NCBI GenBank assembly: GCA_049970895.1
Contig: JBMFMB010000001.1
Span: 1-64,000 of the forward strand
Reading direction: 5' to 3'
Source: Candidatus Bathyarchaeia archaeon
Lineage (GTDB): Archaea > Thermoproteota > Bathyarchaeia > Bathyarchaeales > Bathycorpusculaceae
Length of the DNA stretch: 64,000 bases
Part shown: piece after piece, positions 10,536 through 20,857 of the stretch
Layout: each line of letters starts with the position of its first letter
How positions within the stretch are numbered: position 1 is the first letter of the stretch
Position numbers and translations under genes: made by a program
Notes under the pieces: model-generated
The model's database searches: none
The model's input: only the letters and a program-made list of their open reading frames with translations
Told to the model about the DNA's origin: nothing

Positions 10536-11633
10536 TTGGCTGAAAAAACCAAAAGGCGTAAGGCAGACCACATCCGCATAGCCACAACCTACAATGTTCA
10601 AGCAAGAAACATCACGACGGGATTTGGAGACGTGCACTTTGTCCACAGAGCTTTACCGGAAATTGATAAAGACAAAATAAACCTTTCAACAACAGTTTTC
10701 AACCACAAGTTTTCAGCCCCAATATTGGTAAGTGCCATTACTGGTGGAACAAGCGAGGCAAGAAAAATCAATGCGACAATAGCTACTGTTGTTGAGGAAT
10801 TTGGGCTTGGGATGGGTGTTGGAAGCCAAAGAGCCGCATTAGAAGACCGAAGGCTGGAGAAAACCTTCGCAATAGTTAGGAAGAAAGCGCCCACAGCCTT
10901 CTTGATGGCGAATATTGGCGGAATCCAGCTCGCCAAAGGATACAACATTAAAGAGGCAAAGAAAGCCATAGAAATGATTGACGCCGACGCCTTAGCTATA
11001 CACTTAAACCCCCTTCAAGAGGCTATACAGCCAGAAGGCGAAACAAGCTTCAAAGGAGTCCTTGAAAAAATAGGTGAAATCGCCAAAGAACTAGACAAGC
11101 CAGTTATCGTGAAGGAAACGGGGGCGGGCATAGCCGCTGAAGAAGCAAAAAAGCTCGAAGCTGTTGGTGTGAAGGGCATTGACGTGAGTGGCGCAGGCGG
11201 CACAAGTTTTGCAGCGGTGGAGTTTTTCCGTGCAAAGGGCAGGAGAAACATTTACAACCGAAGGTTAGGCGAAGTTTTCTGGGATTGGGGTATACCAACA
11301 GCAATCAGCATAGTTGAAGTCGCACAAACAGTAACCATGCCAGTCATAGCTTCTGGTGGGATACGAAGCGGATTGGACGCGGCTAAAGCCCTAGCCTTAG
11401 GAGCAAGCCTTGCAGCCCTCGCACAGCCAATTTTGCAGGCGGCTGTTGAAGGTTTAAGACAAACGAGGAAAGCGTTACGCACGTTGATAGAGGAGCTTAG
11501 GAACACCATGTTCCTTGTTGGGGCTGAAAACATTCAGCAGCTGCATAAAGTGCCCTTGGTGATAACTGGTAAAACGGCTGAGTGGCTGAGGTTAAGGGGC
11601 TTTGACATAGAAGTTTACGCTAGAAGGGGGTGA
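10536..11633 (+). CDS. fni: Type 2 isopentenyl-diphosphate delta-isomerase
   Basis: RRKADHI, GVGSQRA, HLNPLQEAIQPEG, VKETGAG, GAGGTSF. Confidence 0.96.
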   Translation: MAEKTKRRKADHIRIATTYNVQARNITTGFGDVHFVHRALPEIDKDKINLSTTVFNHKFSAPILVSAITGGTSEARKINATIATVVEEFGLGMGVGSQRAALEDRRLEKTFAIVRKKAPTAFLMANIGGIQLAKGYNIKEAKKAIEMIDADALAIHLNPLQEAIQPEGETSFKGVLEKIGEIAKELDKPVIVKETGAGIAAEEAKKLEAVGVKGIDVSGAGGTSFAAVEFFRAKGRRNIYNRRLGEVFWDWGIPTAISIVEVAQTVTMPVIASGGIRSGLDAAKALALGASLAALAQPILQAAVEGLRQTRKALRTLIEELRNTMFLVGAENIQQLHKVPLVITGKTAEWLRLRGFDIEVYARRG

Positions 11634-12718
11634 AGGCTAACTTGAGTTTTAACGTCGAGAAGCTCCTTGAAAAGATGGCACCCATCATAAATAGAGCCAT
11701 TGAGAAATACATACCAAGAATTTTCTCAAAAGAGGCTATAATCTTTAAGGTTGGCCCGCCAAGATACGCGTACAACATTGAAGCCATAAACAAGGCATTG
11801 GCTGAGCCAATTTGGGAATTTCTAGACAGAGGTGGTAAACGCTGGCGTCCAACCCTCTTCCTAATTATTTGCGAGGCTTTAGGCAAAAATCCGGAAGATT
11901 ATGTGGATTTTGCCATAATTCCAGAAGTGGTGCACAATGGAACCTTAATGATAGACGACATTGAGGACGCCTCCGAATTCCGCAGGGGCAAGCCTTGCAC
12001 CTACAAGATCTATGGTTTGGACATAGCCGTGAACGCTGGCAACACCATGTACTATTTACCACTATTGCCGTTGATTGAGAACCGTGAAAAATTAGGCTTT
12101 GAGAAGCTTGCGAGGATTTATGAGATTTACGTGCAGGAGATGATAAACCTAAGCCTAGGACAAGCCATGGACATAGCTTGGCACAGAGGCTTGGCAGATG
12201 CGGACAAACTAGACGAGGAAAACTATTTGCAGATGTGCGCCTACAAAACTGGAACTTTGGCAAGGATGGCTGCAAAAATTGCCGCAGTGTTGGCTGACGC
12301 CGACGAAGAGCTTGTTGAAAAGCTTGGACATTTTGCAGAAAGCATCGGCATAGCCTTCCAAATACAGGATGACGTGCTTGACTTAACTGGTGAAGAGTTC
12401 GCTGAGAAAAAGGGCGGACGCGGACAAGACATAACTGAGGGAAAACGCACCCTCATAGTAATTCACACGTTAAAGGTTGCAAATGCCAAGGATAGAAAAA
12501 GGCTTATTGAGATTTTAAAAATGCACACTTCAGACCAGAAGCTTAGGGATGAAGCAATAACAATAATGCAAAAGTATGGCTCAATTGAATATGCAAAAAA
12601 TTTCGCCAGAAAAATTGTTGAGGAAAGCTGGAAAGAAGTGGAGAAGCTTCTCCCAAAGTCGGAGGCGAAGGAAAAGTTAAACGCCTTCGCAAGATTTCTA
12701 ATTGAGAGAAAAATTTGA
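11630..12718 (+). CDS. Polyprenyl diphosphate synthase (GGPP synthase-like)
   Basis: GGKRWRP, DDIED...RRG, KTG, FQIQDD motifs. Confidence 0.93.
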   Translation: MKANLSFNVEKLLEKMAPIINRAIEKYIPRIFSKEAIIFKVGPPRYAYNIEAINKALAEPIWEFLDRGGKRWRPTLFLIICEALGKNPEDYVDFAIIPEVVHNGTLMIDDIEDASEFRRGKPCTYKIYGLDIAVNAGNTMYYLPLLPLIENREKLGFEKLARIYEIYVQEMINLSLGQAMDIAWHRGLADADKLDEENYLQMCAYKTGTLARMAAKIAAVLADADEELVEKLGHFAESIGIAFQIQDDVLDLTGEEFAEKKGGRGQDITEGKRTLIVIHTLKVANAKDRKRLIEILKMHTSDQKLRDEAITIMQKYGSIEYAKNFARKIVEESWKEVEKLLPKSEAKEKLNAFARFLIERKI

Positions 12719-14493
12719 ATGCGAGCGCCAAAACCTTGAACAAGATTAGAGAGGACGCAGAATTAAGGGAGATTATTCGAAAGTTTGCATTACTAAACGC
12801 CATAAAACATGATGGAAAAGCCCAAACAGGACCAGTGGTTGGGAAAGTCCTAGCTGAAAAACCAGAATTGAGGGCTAGAGCAAAGGAGCTAACAGCCATA
12901 GTAAAAGAAGTTGTTGATGAAATTAACAGTTTTCCGTTAAGTGAACAAATGCGCATCGTGGAAGAGAAGTGGCCTGAAACTCTCGTAAAAGAGAGAGTTG
13001 AAGAGGAGAAGAGGCTTCCCCCATTGCCAAATGCTGACAAATATGAGAAAATTGTCACACGCTTCTCGCCAAACCCGGACTGTGTTCTGCACTTGGGTTC
13101 CGCCAGAGCCATAGTGCTATGCCATGAATACGCCCGCATGTATAATGGCAAGTTTATTCTACGCTTTGAGGACACCGATCCGAAGCTGAAAAGGCCTGTT
13201 CTAGAGTTTTATGACCGAATTAGGGAAGACCTAGAATGGCTTGGCTGCAAACCTGATGAGGAGTACATTCAAAGCGACAGAGTCCCGATTTATTATGAGT
13301 ATGCAGAAAAGTTGTTGGGGGATGGCAACGCTTACGTTTGCACATGTCAGCCGCAAGCCTTCAGAGAGAAAGTGTTAGCCCAAAAGCCATGCCCATGCCG
13401 CAACCTACCGTCAGAGGAGCATCTTGAAAGATGGAACATGATGCTTGAAGGCAAGTATAAGGAAGGTGAGGCGGTAGTCCGCATTAAGACGGATTTGGCT
13501 CATCCGAACCCTGCCGTTAGGGACTGGCCAGCCCTCCGCGTTATAGACATCGAGAAATATCCCCATCCACGGGTTGGAACAAAATATCGCGTCTGGCCCC
13601 TCTACAATTTTGCATGCGGATTAGACGACCATTTGATGGATGTAACCCACATAATTCGCGGAAAAGAACACTTGACAAACATGGTTCGGCAAGAATACAT
13701 GTACAAGCATTTGGGCTGGCAATATCCAGAGGCAATCCATTATGGCAGACTGAAAATTAAAGGGGCACACTTGAGCAAGTCAAAAATAGTTCAGGGGATA
13801 AGGGAACGCCTATACAAAGGATGGGATGACCCCAGGCTGGCAACTTTTGCAGCTCTTAGGAGGCGCGGCATAACCCCAGAAGCCATCAAAAAGCTCATCA
13901 TCGACGTCGGCCCGAAAACTTCCGACGTTGTTTTAAGCTGGGAAAACCTTTACGCCTATAACCGCAAAATGTTGGACCCGAATGTAAACAGGTACTTCTT
14001 TGTGCCAAACCCCATACAGCTTTTGGTCAAGAATATTCCACGAACGTTTACTGTGGGGCTTCGTTTACATCCAGAATATCCAGAAAGAGGCTTCAAAGAA
14101 TACACCATAAAACCTTCTGAGCCGAATGGCGAAGCCCTCTTTTGGATTTCAAGGATGGATTTGAAGGTTTTATCTTCTGGGAAGATTGTTCGGTTAATGG
14201 AACTGTTTAACATAAAAATTGAGCGAGTGGAAGCCTACTGTGTTGAAGCCTCCTTCGCAAGCGAGTCTTATGAAGAGGCTAAAAGGGCTGAAGCCCCCTT
14301 AATCCACTGGGTGCCTATGGGGATGGATATGCCATGTCAAGTTGTGATGCCAGACGCCACAGTCGCCGAGGGAATAGCTGAGAAAGCATGCAAGGACTTG
14401 AAGCCAAACGATATTGTGCAGTTTGAAAGGTTCGGTTTCGTGAGGATAGATAAAGTTAATGCCAAAATTACGGCTTATTATGCACATAAGTAG
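12715..14493 (+). CDS. gltX: Glutamate--tRNA ligase
   Basis: TRFSPNPD..LHLGS, LRFEDTDP, HIIRGKEH, LSKS, QFERFGF. Confidence 0.96.
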   Translation: MNASAKTLNKIREDAELREIIRKFALLNAIKHDGKAQTGPVVGKVLAEKPELRARAKELTAIVKEVVDEINSFPLSEQMRIVEEKWPETLVKERVEEEKRLPPLPNADKYEKIVTRFSPNPDCVLHLGSARAIVLCHEYARMYNGKFILRFEDTDPKLKRPVLEFYDRIREDLEWLGCKPDEEYIQSDRVPIYYEYAEKLLGDGNAYVCTCQPQAFREKVLAQKPCPCRNLPSEEHLERWNMMLEGKYKEGEAVVRIKTDLAHPNPAVRDWPALRVIDIEKYPHPRVGTKYRVWPLYNFACGLDDHLMDVTHIIRGKEHLTNMVRQEYMYKHLGWQYPEAIHYGRLKIKGAHLSKSKIVQGIRERLYKGWDDPRLATFAALRRRGITPEAIKKLIIDVGPKTSDVVLSWENLYAYNRKMLDPNVNRYFFVPNPIQLLVKNIPRTFTVGLRLHPEYPERGFKEYTIKPSEPNGEALFWISRMDLKVLSSGKIVRLMELFNIKIERVEAYCVEASFASESYEEAKRAEAPLIHWVPMGMDMPCQVVMPDATVAEGIAEKACKDLKPNDIVQFERFGFVRIDKVNAKITAYYAHK

Positions 14494-14504
14494 AGGAAAG
14501 TGCG

Positions 14505-14813
14505 ATGCGTAAGCAAGACAAGGTTATTTTGTGGCCAGCATATTTTGATTCGACAAAAACTAGAGGGGAAGGGAGAAAGGTGCCGAAGGTTTTGTGTGTG
14601 CCTTCTCCTAAGATTACAGAGCTTAAAGAGGCCGCGGAAAAGCTTGGATTTGAATGTGAAGTTGTTGTGGATGCAAGTTATCCGAAGACTCCTTGGATTA
14701 AAACCGGAATGCTCCTAGTTACTAAAAGGGAAGCTAAAAACCAGTTACTTAAGAAGATTGCAAAGAAATTGCAGAAGATTCGCGGAACTGCTTCTACAAC
14801 GAAATCCGCCTAG
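14505..14813 (+). CDS. srp19: Signal recognition particle protein SRP19
   Basis: ILWPAYFDSTKTRGEGRKVP, YPKTPW. Confidence 0.93.
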   Translation: MRKQDKVILWPAYFDSTKTRGEGRKVPKVLCVPSPKITELKEAAEKLGFECEVVVDASYPKTPWIKTGMLLVTKREAKNQLLKKIAKKLQKIRGTASTTKSA

Positions 14814-14825
14814 CCTTTAGCCCCA

Positions 14826-15224
14826 TCAGCCTGCTTCTTCCTCGCCTATTAAAACAGCGTTTATAACACCATTTTGTCCAGGTCTCGATGTCACACGCGC
14901 CAAGCCCAGCGATGTTTCTATTATGGCACCTTTTGTTATTACGCCCCTTCTGTCGTAGTCGACGTTCGCCGGGTTTTTGACAACCCGTAGGATTTCGGTT
15001 TTTTCAGTTTTTCCAGTTTTTAGGTCGGTTACGCATGCATATTTTTCACTTAAAACTTTTACTTTGATGTTGCCGCCCCTTCCCCGCTCAATTTTTCTTT
15101 TAGGCTCGCCTAGAACGGTTTCTACAGGGAATGAGCCTTGCTCAAATTTTCTCTTCCCACGATAAGGTCGCCTCTTTCCTCCCGTTGGTTTTCTTTTATG
15201 CAGGTCGCCGTGCCAAACAGACAT
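14826..15224 (-). CDS. rps8e: 30S ribosomal protein S8e
   Basis: KRKPTGG, RGRGGN, NPAN, TSRPGQNGVINAVL. Confidence 0.97.
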   Translation of the reverse strand: MSVWHGDLHKRKPTGGKRRPYRGKRKFEQGSFPVETVLGEPKRKIERGRGGNIKVKVLSEKYACVTDLKTGKTEKTEILRVVKNPANVDYDRRGVITKGAIIETSLGLARVTSRPGQNGVINAVLIGEEEAG

Positions 15225-15309
15225 TTCAATCCTCTTCCGGCAGTAAACACTTTATAGGCTTGTTCACTATGGTGATGTTTTGCATATAAACCTATCCGTC
15301 TCGAAAGCC

Positions 15310-15933
15310 TTACACGTTTGTCAAGCTCTGCGCAGCCTCTTCTTGAGCTTTTTCTCCTTCCAAAATTCTTTTCAGCTCTCTTTTCATGGCTGGAATGTCG
15401 TGGCTTAAACCAAAATAGTCTGCAAAATAATCCGTCGTCCTCAAAATGGAGGCTCGTCCCTTCCGCTCAACAGCAACTAAGCCCATTTCCTTAAGCAACT
15501 TAATATGCCCATAAGCATGGTGCCCCCGAACCTCCACAACCCGCTTTTGTGAAACCGGCTGCCTTAGGGCTATGTAGGAAAGCGTCTTCAACGGACCAGT
15601 TGAGAGCAGTGGTCTCTTGACAAGCTTTCTGACGTGGGGTGTAAACTCTGCTTTAAGTTGTAGGACAAATCTTTCATCCTTCAGTTCGAGAATTTCAAGG
15701 GCTGTGTCTCTCTTTGCATACTCTTGCGCCAGCATCTTTACAAGTCTTTTAGCCTTATTTTTTGAGCGCGTCTTTAAAACAGAGCATAATTCAGAAAGGT
15801 CTATGGGGCGACCGGCAACATAAAGTGCAGCCTCAACCAGTGCCAGGTCACTGATGGCTTTTCCCTGCATGGTTTGTGAATCTTCTGTGTTATTGGGCTG
15901 GGCTTTCACCTCTTGCAGCGTTTGTTCCCCCAA
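15310..15933 (-). CDS. scpB: SMC-Scp complex subunit ScpB
   Basis: VEAALYVAGRP, LKTLSYIA.RQPVS, RTTDYFADYFGL; directly follows scpA. Confidence 0.92.
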   Translation of the reverse strand: MGEQTLQEVKAQPNNTEDSQTMQGKAISDLALVEAALYVAGRPIDLSELCSVLKTRSKNKAKRLVKMLAQEYAKRDTALEILELKDERFVLQLKAEFTPHVRKLVKRPLLSTGPLKTLSYIALRQPVSQKRVVEVRGHHAYGHIKLLKEMGLVAVERKGRASILRTTDYFADYFGLSHDIPAMKRELKRILEGEKAQEEAAQSLTNV

Positions 15934-16591
15934 TTGTGATGTATATTTCCTCTGTTTCCTCGTCCTGCCAGAGGCTTACTTTCCCCTCTTGAGCCAAGAA
16001 GAGTAGGAGGATGAATGTGCGGATGGCTTCTAGGCGGGCTAACCCCTTAATTATAGTTGAGAACTGTATTATTCCAGAACCCTTCACCATCTCGGAAAGA
16101 GACCTGTAAAGCTTTTCCATTTGCAGCTCAATTTCCATGAGGAAATAGTCTATTTGTGGGAAAATTTCAGAAGGCGTTGGCAATATAGGTTCGGCTGGCG
16201 CCTTTTCCAAGCGGAAGAGAGCCTCGCCCTTAAGGACGTCATCTAGCACTTCCAGTAAGTGGCGTATAGTTGTTGATGTTAACTCATGCCTAAGGGGCAG
16301 AAAAAGTGGTGGTGGAATAAAATCCAGTTGTGCTTTTGGTGGTGGGGGCGGCTCTTCAAGCTTTAGGAGAAGTTTCGACTTCATTAAATAAATAAGGGCT
16401 GAAGAGTCCAGGGCTACGCCTGAAGCCCTAAAATCAATCTGTCCAGTTTTCTCCATCTCTTCTAGAAAAGTTGTTAGCAGATATGCGATGTTTATGTTCC
16501 ATGGGGTGAGTTTCTCAAGCTTGTGGAATTCGAAGAGGATGTTCCATGGTGGGCGGAGGTAAAAGGGCTTTTTGGCAGTTGCTGTAGCCAT
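15890..16591 (-). CDS. scpA: Segregation/condensation protein A (kleisin)
   Basis: PWNINIAYL...DFRASG.ALDSSALIYLMKS N-domain; FILLLFLAQEGKVSLWQ winged-helix C-domain. Confidence 0.9.
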   Translation of the reverse strand: MATATAKKPFYLRPPWNILFEFHKLEKLTPWNINIAYLLTTFLEEMEKTGQIDFRASGVALDSSALIYLMKSKLLLKLEEPPPPPKAQLDFIPPPLFLPLRHELTSTTIRHLLEVLDDVLKGEALFRLEKAPAEPILPTPSEIFPQIDYFLMEIELQMEKLYRSLSEMVKGSGIIQFSTIIKGLARLEAIRTFILLLFLAQEGKVSLWQDEETEEIYITIGGTNAARGESPAQ

Positions 16592-16592
16592 T

Positions 16593-19500
16593 CTAGCTTG
16601 GCACCTCTAGAAACTTGGCTGAAATAATGTTGGAGACGCCGTTGCGCCCGTAAACCCCGTAAACTCTTTGAGCCTTATTAACCATCTCAGGCTTTAAAGT
16701 GATAACGATAAACTGGGCTTTCTCGGATTCCTCCAATAAAACGTCGGCAAGCCTTGAAACGTGAAAGGCGTCCAGATGCGCGTCAATTTCGTCTAGTATG
16801 TAGAAGGATGCTGGTGTGAAGTCCTTTATGGCGAATAGGAAGGCTACTGCCGCCACTGAGCGTTCTCCGCCACTAGCACCGCTCACCACAATGGATGGCT
16901 TGTTGGGGAACTGGACAATCATGTCTATGCCGCCTGAGAATGGTTGTTCTGGGTTCTCCAAGATTAGGGTGGCTGCCCCGCCGCCGGTAAGCTTTGAAAA
17001 GTATTTTTGCAGGTTCTGGTTTATCTTTTCGAAGGCTTCCATGAACACCTTGTGCTTTTTGCTTTCAATTTCTTCCATGAACTTTAGAATTGCTTGCTTT
17101 TCCCTTTCCAACTCATTCATTCTTAAGGATAGTTCTTTGTAGCGGGATATCTGCTCAGCATAGTGGGAAAGGGCGAGCTGGTTAACACCGCTTATCCTAT
17201 CAAGTTCAAACTGGAGCATCCGCAGAGAAGCTTCCGCCTCCTCAACCTCTTTGGCTGTAACTTCTAGAGGCTTTTCGTAGCCAAACTGCCTAAGCTGGTT
17301 TTGCCACTGCTCCAGCTGTATCATGGATGTCTGAATGTTCAGCTGGTACTGGTTCAGCAAGCGGTCAGTTTCCTCATATTCAGCTTCGATTTTGCGGAGC
17401 TCCTTGTCTATCTCATCTATTTGGCTTGAGAATTTTTGGGCTTCCTCCTTTGCAGATAAAACCGTCTTTGAGAGTTCAACGCGGCTTTTTTCCAACTCTG
17501 CCAGCTCTTGCTTCAATTTTTCCCTTTCTTGAAGAGCCTCCTCAACTTCAACCTCAACTTTCCGCATTTGCTGTTCAACCTTTGCGAGTTGGATTTTGGC
17601 GTTTTTGTAGCCAACCCTCAAAACATTATCAAACTGCGATTGGAGGGTTGAAATTTCCGTTTGCACTGTTCCAAGCTTTTGCCTTAAAGTGTTTATTTCC
17701 TCCGCCAGCTTTTCGCGTTTAACCTCCATTTCTTGGATATTTGCCGGGTCAACCTTCCGCCTCAAACTTGCCAATTCGCTTTGTAGCTTGCGTATCTCCT
17801 TTTGAAGCGTGCTTCTCTCAGCCCTATAAGTCCATATCTTAGCCCTTTCAGCCTCAATTTCGCCTAAGATACGCTTTATGTTAGCCTCTATCCTCCTAAC
17901 ATTTGATTTTGTTCTTTTTACGCTCCTTTTTACTCGGGCAATTTCCCTATCAAGAGTTGTTATGGCTTCTGATAAGCGGGCGATTTCAACACGGGTTCTG
18001 TCTATTTCCTCCTCGAGGGATGCTATGTCGCCTCCTCGTCTGGAGAGGTGCTGCTGCAAAGCCTTAACAGCCTCGTCTAGGCTTTTTATCGCCGCCTCGC
18101 TGGGTATTATGGCTGAAAAGTCTATGGGTGCACGGTAATAGCCGCTTTCCAATGCGCCGCCCGGTTCATAAAGGTCGCCGTTTACCGTGACCACGCGATA
18201 GCCTCGGCTTGAAAGTTCAAAGGCTGTCTTTTCCTCTGGAACAATTAGGGTGTCGCCAAATACAAAGTAGACGGCTGGCTCATACTGCTTTGCACATTTT
18301 ATGAAGGAGAAAGCGGCACCATTGACGTTTCTGTCCTCTGGAACCTTGACTGGCTTTGCTGCTGAAACTGCCTCCAGCGGGATTATCTTTATCCTCCCAA
18401 GCTTCATTCTGCGTAGGGTTTCTGTGCATGTGAATGCCGCGTCAAAGTCCTTTACGACTAGGGCGTCCAGCCATCCCCCAGCCGCAACTTCAATTGCCTG
18501 CTGATAAGCCTTATCAATTTTGATTAAATTGCGTAGTCGCCCATAAACGCCTTGAATAACTCCTAATTCGCCGAGTTCTTCGATGCTTTTTAGGGCTTTT
18601 TCCTCTGCGGCAACAGTTTCTGCTAGTTCTCTCTGTGTTGCAAACTCCACAACGGCTTCGCGGGCTGATTCAGCAATTTTTCCGGCTTCTGCAATCTCCC
18701 GCTCTATAGCTTCCTTTTGAGCTATACGGCGCTCAAGCATCCGCTCCAAATTTTTGAGCTGAGCTTTCTGCTCCTTTTGAACTTTTATTAGTTCCGCCAG
18801 AGATTTTCCAAGCTCTCCTAGTGTTGAGGCAAATCTTTCCTTCCGTTCATTTAGGTCTCTGAGTCTTCTTTCACGGATTTTTATGGCTGTTTGGCTTTTG
18901 GCGTGTTCCGACCTTAAAAACGCCAATCGCTTATAGTCTTTGTCAAGTTGGAGTTCTATTTCGCGGATTCTTTTGCTGTTTTCGCCTATACTCTCCCAGA
19001 GTTGGGCGGCTTCCTGCGCGAGGGCATCGTGTTCCGCTTGTTTAGAGTTTATTTGGCTCATTATGCGTTCATACTCGCTTCTTAGCCGCCTAATTTTCAA
19101 TCTATTTTCGCGGATTTCATCCCTTATGGACTGGTATTGTTGGAGACTGTTTCCCCTAACCTTCTTAAGCCCTTCAAGGCTTGTTTTTCCAGAGCTTATT
19201 TTTGTGGCAAGTTCCGTAAGCTTCGATTTCAGTTCGCCTATCTTCATTTGAACTCTGAAAACTTGCGAGCCGCCCTCCTCGACTATTTCTGAGCTTAGTT
19301 TTCGCCATTCGCCCTCAATTTCCTTTCGCTTTTGCCTGTATTGGTCGCGGAGTGCCCTAATTTTTTCCAGTCTGCTTTTAATTTTCTCCGCTTGAATGGA
19401 ATCTCTCTTAATCTTTTCCTGTATCTGCACAATATCGTGGGAAAGTTTGACAGCCTCAAACTTTTTTATTTCATTTTTTAGGAAGTTGTAACGCAGTAGC

Positions 19501-20141
19501 TCGTTGCGTTCCCTCTCTAAGTCTTCAACTCGCCTTTGCACCTCGTCTATTCTTCCCATGGCAGTGCGTATTGAAATGTCTGCAGCCCTAAGCTTCTCCT
19601 CAGCCTCGGCTTTTTCAGCGTCGTATTGGGCTATCCCAACCAAGTCTTCGATTATTTTCCGCCTTTCCATCGGCGAAATGTCTGTTAGGCGGGTTATCGT
19701 GCCCTGTAATATTATGTTTTGGCTTGTGGAGCTTATTCCAGCCATTGACAAAATTTCCATTATGTGAACTCTTGAGATTCGCCTTCCATTAAGCCTATAA
19801 ACAGACTGCCCATTTCTGTAAACTTCACGGGATATTGTGACGGTTGCCGTGTCAACGGGTATGCGTCCGTCAGAGTTGTCAAATTGTATGATAACCTTAG
19901 CCATTCTCGCTCTTTCAAGTCCAGCTTTTTCGGAGCCGTGAAAGATTAGTTTAGCCGCGTTTTCAGCTCTAAGCCTTTTAGTGCTTAATTCCCCTAGGGC
20001 AAACAAAACAGCGTCAACAACATTTGTTTTCCCACTCCCGTTTGGACCCGTTATGGCTGTGAACCCTTTATCTAGGACTATTTTTGCTGTATGTCCGAAG
20101 GATTTGAAACCTTTAATCTCAATTTTTTTGATATAGGGCAT
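16593..20141 (-). CDS. smc: Chromosome segregation protein SMC
   Basis: IKGFKSF, Walker A GPNGSGKTN, long coiled coils, hinge GVYGRL...VTVNGD...GG.LESG, ASGGERS signature, ILDEIDAHLD Walker B. Confidence 0.97.
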   Translation of the reverse strand: MPYIKKIEIKGFKSFGHTAKIVLDKGFTAITGPNGSGKTNVVDAVLFALGELSTKRLRAENAAKLIFHGSEKAGLERARMAKVIIQFDNSDGRIPVDTATVTISREVYRNGQSVYRLNGRRISRVHIMEILSMAGISSTSQNIILQGTITRLTDISPMERRKIIEDLVGIAQYDAEKAEAEEKLRAADISIRTAMGRIDEVQRRVEDLERERNELLRYNFLKNEIKKFEAVKLSHDIVQIQEKIKRDSIQAEKIKSRLEKIRALRDQYRQKRKEIEGEWRKLSSEIVEEGGSQVFRVQMKIGELKSKLTELATKISSGKTSLEGLKKVRGNSLQQYQSIRDEIRENRLKIRRLRSEYERIMSQINSKQAEHDALAQEAAQLWESIGENSKRIREIELQLDKDYKRLAFLRSEHAKSQTAIKIRERRLRDLNERKERFASTLGELGKSLAELIKVQKEQKAQLKNLERMLERRIAQKEAIEREIAEAGKIAESAREAVVEFATQRELAETVAAEEKALKSIEELGELGVIQGVYGRLRNLIKIDKAYQQAIEVAAGGWLDALVVKDFDAAFTCTETLRRMKLGRIKIIPLEAVSAAKPVKVPEDRNVNGAAFSFIKCAKQYEPAVYFVFGDTLIVPEEKTAFELSSRGYRVVTVNGDLYEPGGALESGYYRAPIDFSAIIPSEAAIKSLDEAVKALQQHLSRRGGDIASLEEEIDRTRVEIARLSEAITTLDREIARVKRSVKRTKSNVRRIEANIKRILGEIEAERAKIWTYRAERSTLQKEIRKLQSELASLRRKVDPANIQEMEVKREKLAEEINTLRQKLGTVQTEISTLQSQFDNVLRVGYKNAKIQLAKVEQQMRKVEVEVEEALQEREKLKQELAELEKSRVELSKTVLSAKEEAQKFSSQIDEIDKELRKIEAEYEETDRLLNQYQLNIQTSMIQLEQWQNQLRQFGYEKPLEVTAKEVEEAEASLRMLQFELDRISGVNQLALSHYAEQISRYKELSLRMNELEREKQAILKFMEEIESKKHKVFMEAFEKINQNLQKYFSKLTGGGAATLILENPEQPFSGGIDMIVQFPNKPSIVVSGASGGERSVAAVAFLFAIKDFTPASFYILDEIDAHLDAFHVSRLADVLLEESEKAQFIVITLKPEMVNKAQRVYGVYGRNGVSNIISAKFLEVPS

Positions 20142-20263
20142 TAAGCTGGGACCCTCACCTCGAGGCGGAAACCGTGAGCATCTGTTTTAGAGTGATTTTC
20201 TTTATTGTTTCGCTATAAAAGTGTTGCATTCTCCATGTTTTAACGGTTATGCACTTTTTAACG

Positions 20264-20782
20264 CTACTTTTTGAGCTTAGAACCATATTTTGTAGCCATT
20301 TTCTTGACAAAATCCTTAAGGTGCTCATCTTCGCCGTAAACAAGCAAGCATCCGTCACTTTGTACCTTAAATGATAGGTTTAATTCGTTAGCCAAAGTCT
20401 TCAAAGCTTCAACTGGCATGTCTTCAGAAGGTTTAATGCGGATCCATCGCTGTTCTCTTGGCAGTCCGGGAACAAAGCGGGTTTCCTCCTCTCCCCCTTC
20501 TTCGAAAATTTTCCTGCTTGCCTCTTTAAGCTTTTTAACCCATCCTTCAACGTACTTGTCTCCGAACTTCTGTCCTTCTGAAATGAGGTAAGCCTCAATA
20601 TTGTTTAGGTATTCCTCGATTTTTTGGCTTGTTTCAAGGCGGGTTGGGTCAGCCTTCAAAACATTGATTAGAGTTCGCGCATACCTTAAATCATTTAGGA
20701 TGTTTGCTGGAACTGTGGCGCCCTTCTTCTTCAGGTCTGTAACCATTTCTTCTAAAACTTTCCAAACAGCTAAATAGCCCAA
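20264..20782 (-). CDS. Conserved archaeal protein, DUF2096-like
   Basis: W.VLEEMVTDLKKKG..VP, FVPGLP, IRI and G.LLVYG..E.LK.FVKKM pattern. Confidence 0.7.
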   Translation of the reverse strand: MGYLAVWKVLEEMVTDLKKKGATVPANILNDLRYARTLINVLKADPTRLETSQKIEEYLNNIEAYLISEGQKFGDKYVEGWVKKLKEASRKIFEEGGEEETRFVPGLPREQRWIRIKPSEDMPVEALKTLANELNLSFKVQSDGCLLVYGEDEHLKDFVKKMATKYGSKLKK

Positions 20783-20857
20783 TATTCCACCAGCCTTAAA
20801 TTCTGTTTGGCGCTATAAAAAGCGTTATTTTAACAAAGCATGATTGAGGAGTTTCGG

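Noticed and set aside
14800-15310. SRP RNA or tRNA near srp19/rps8e
   Set aside because: No intergenic room and no SRP helix or cloverleaf motif found
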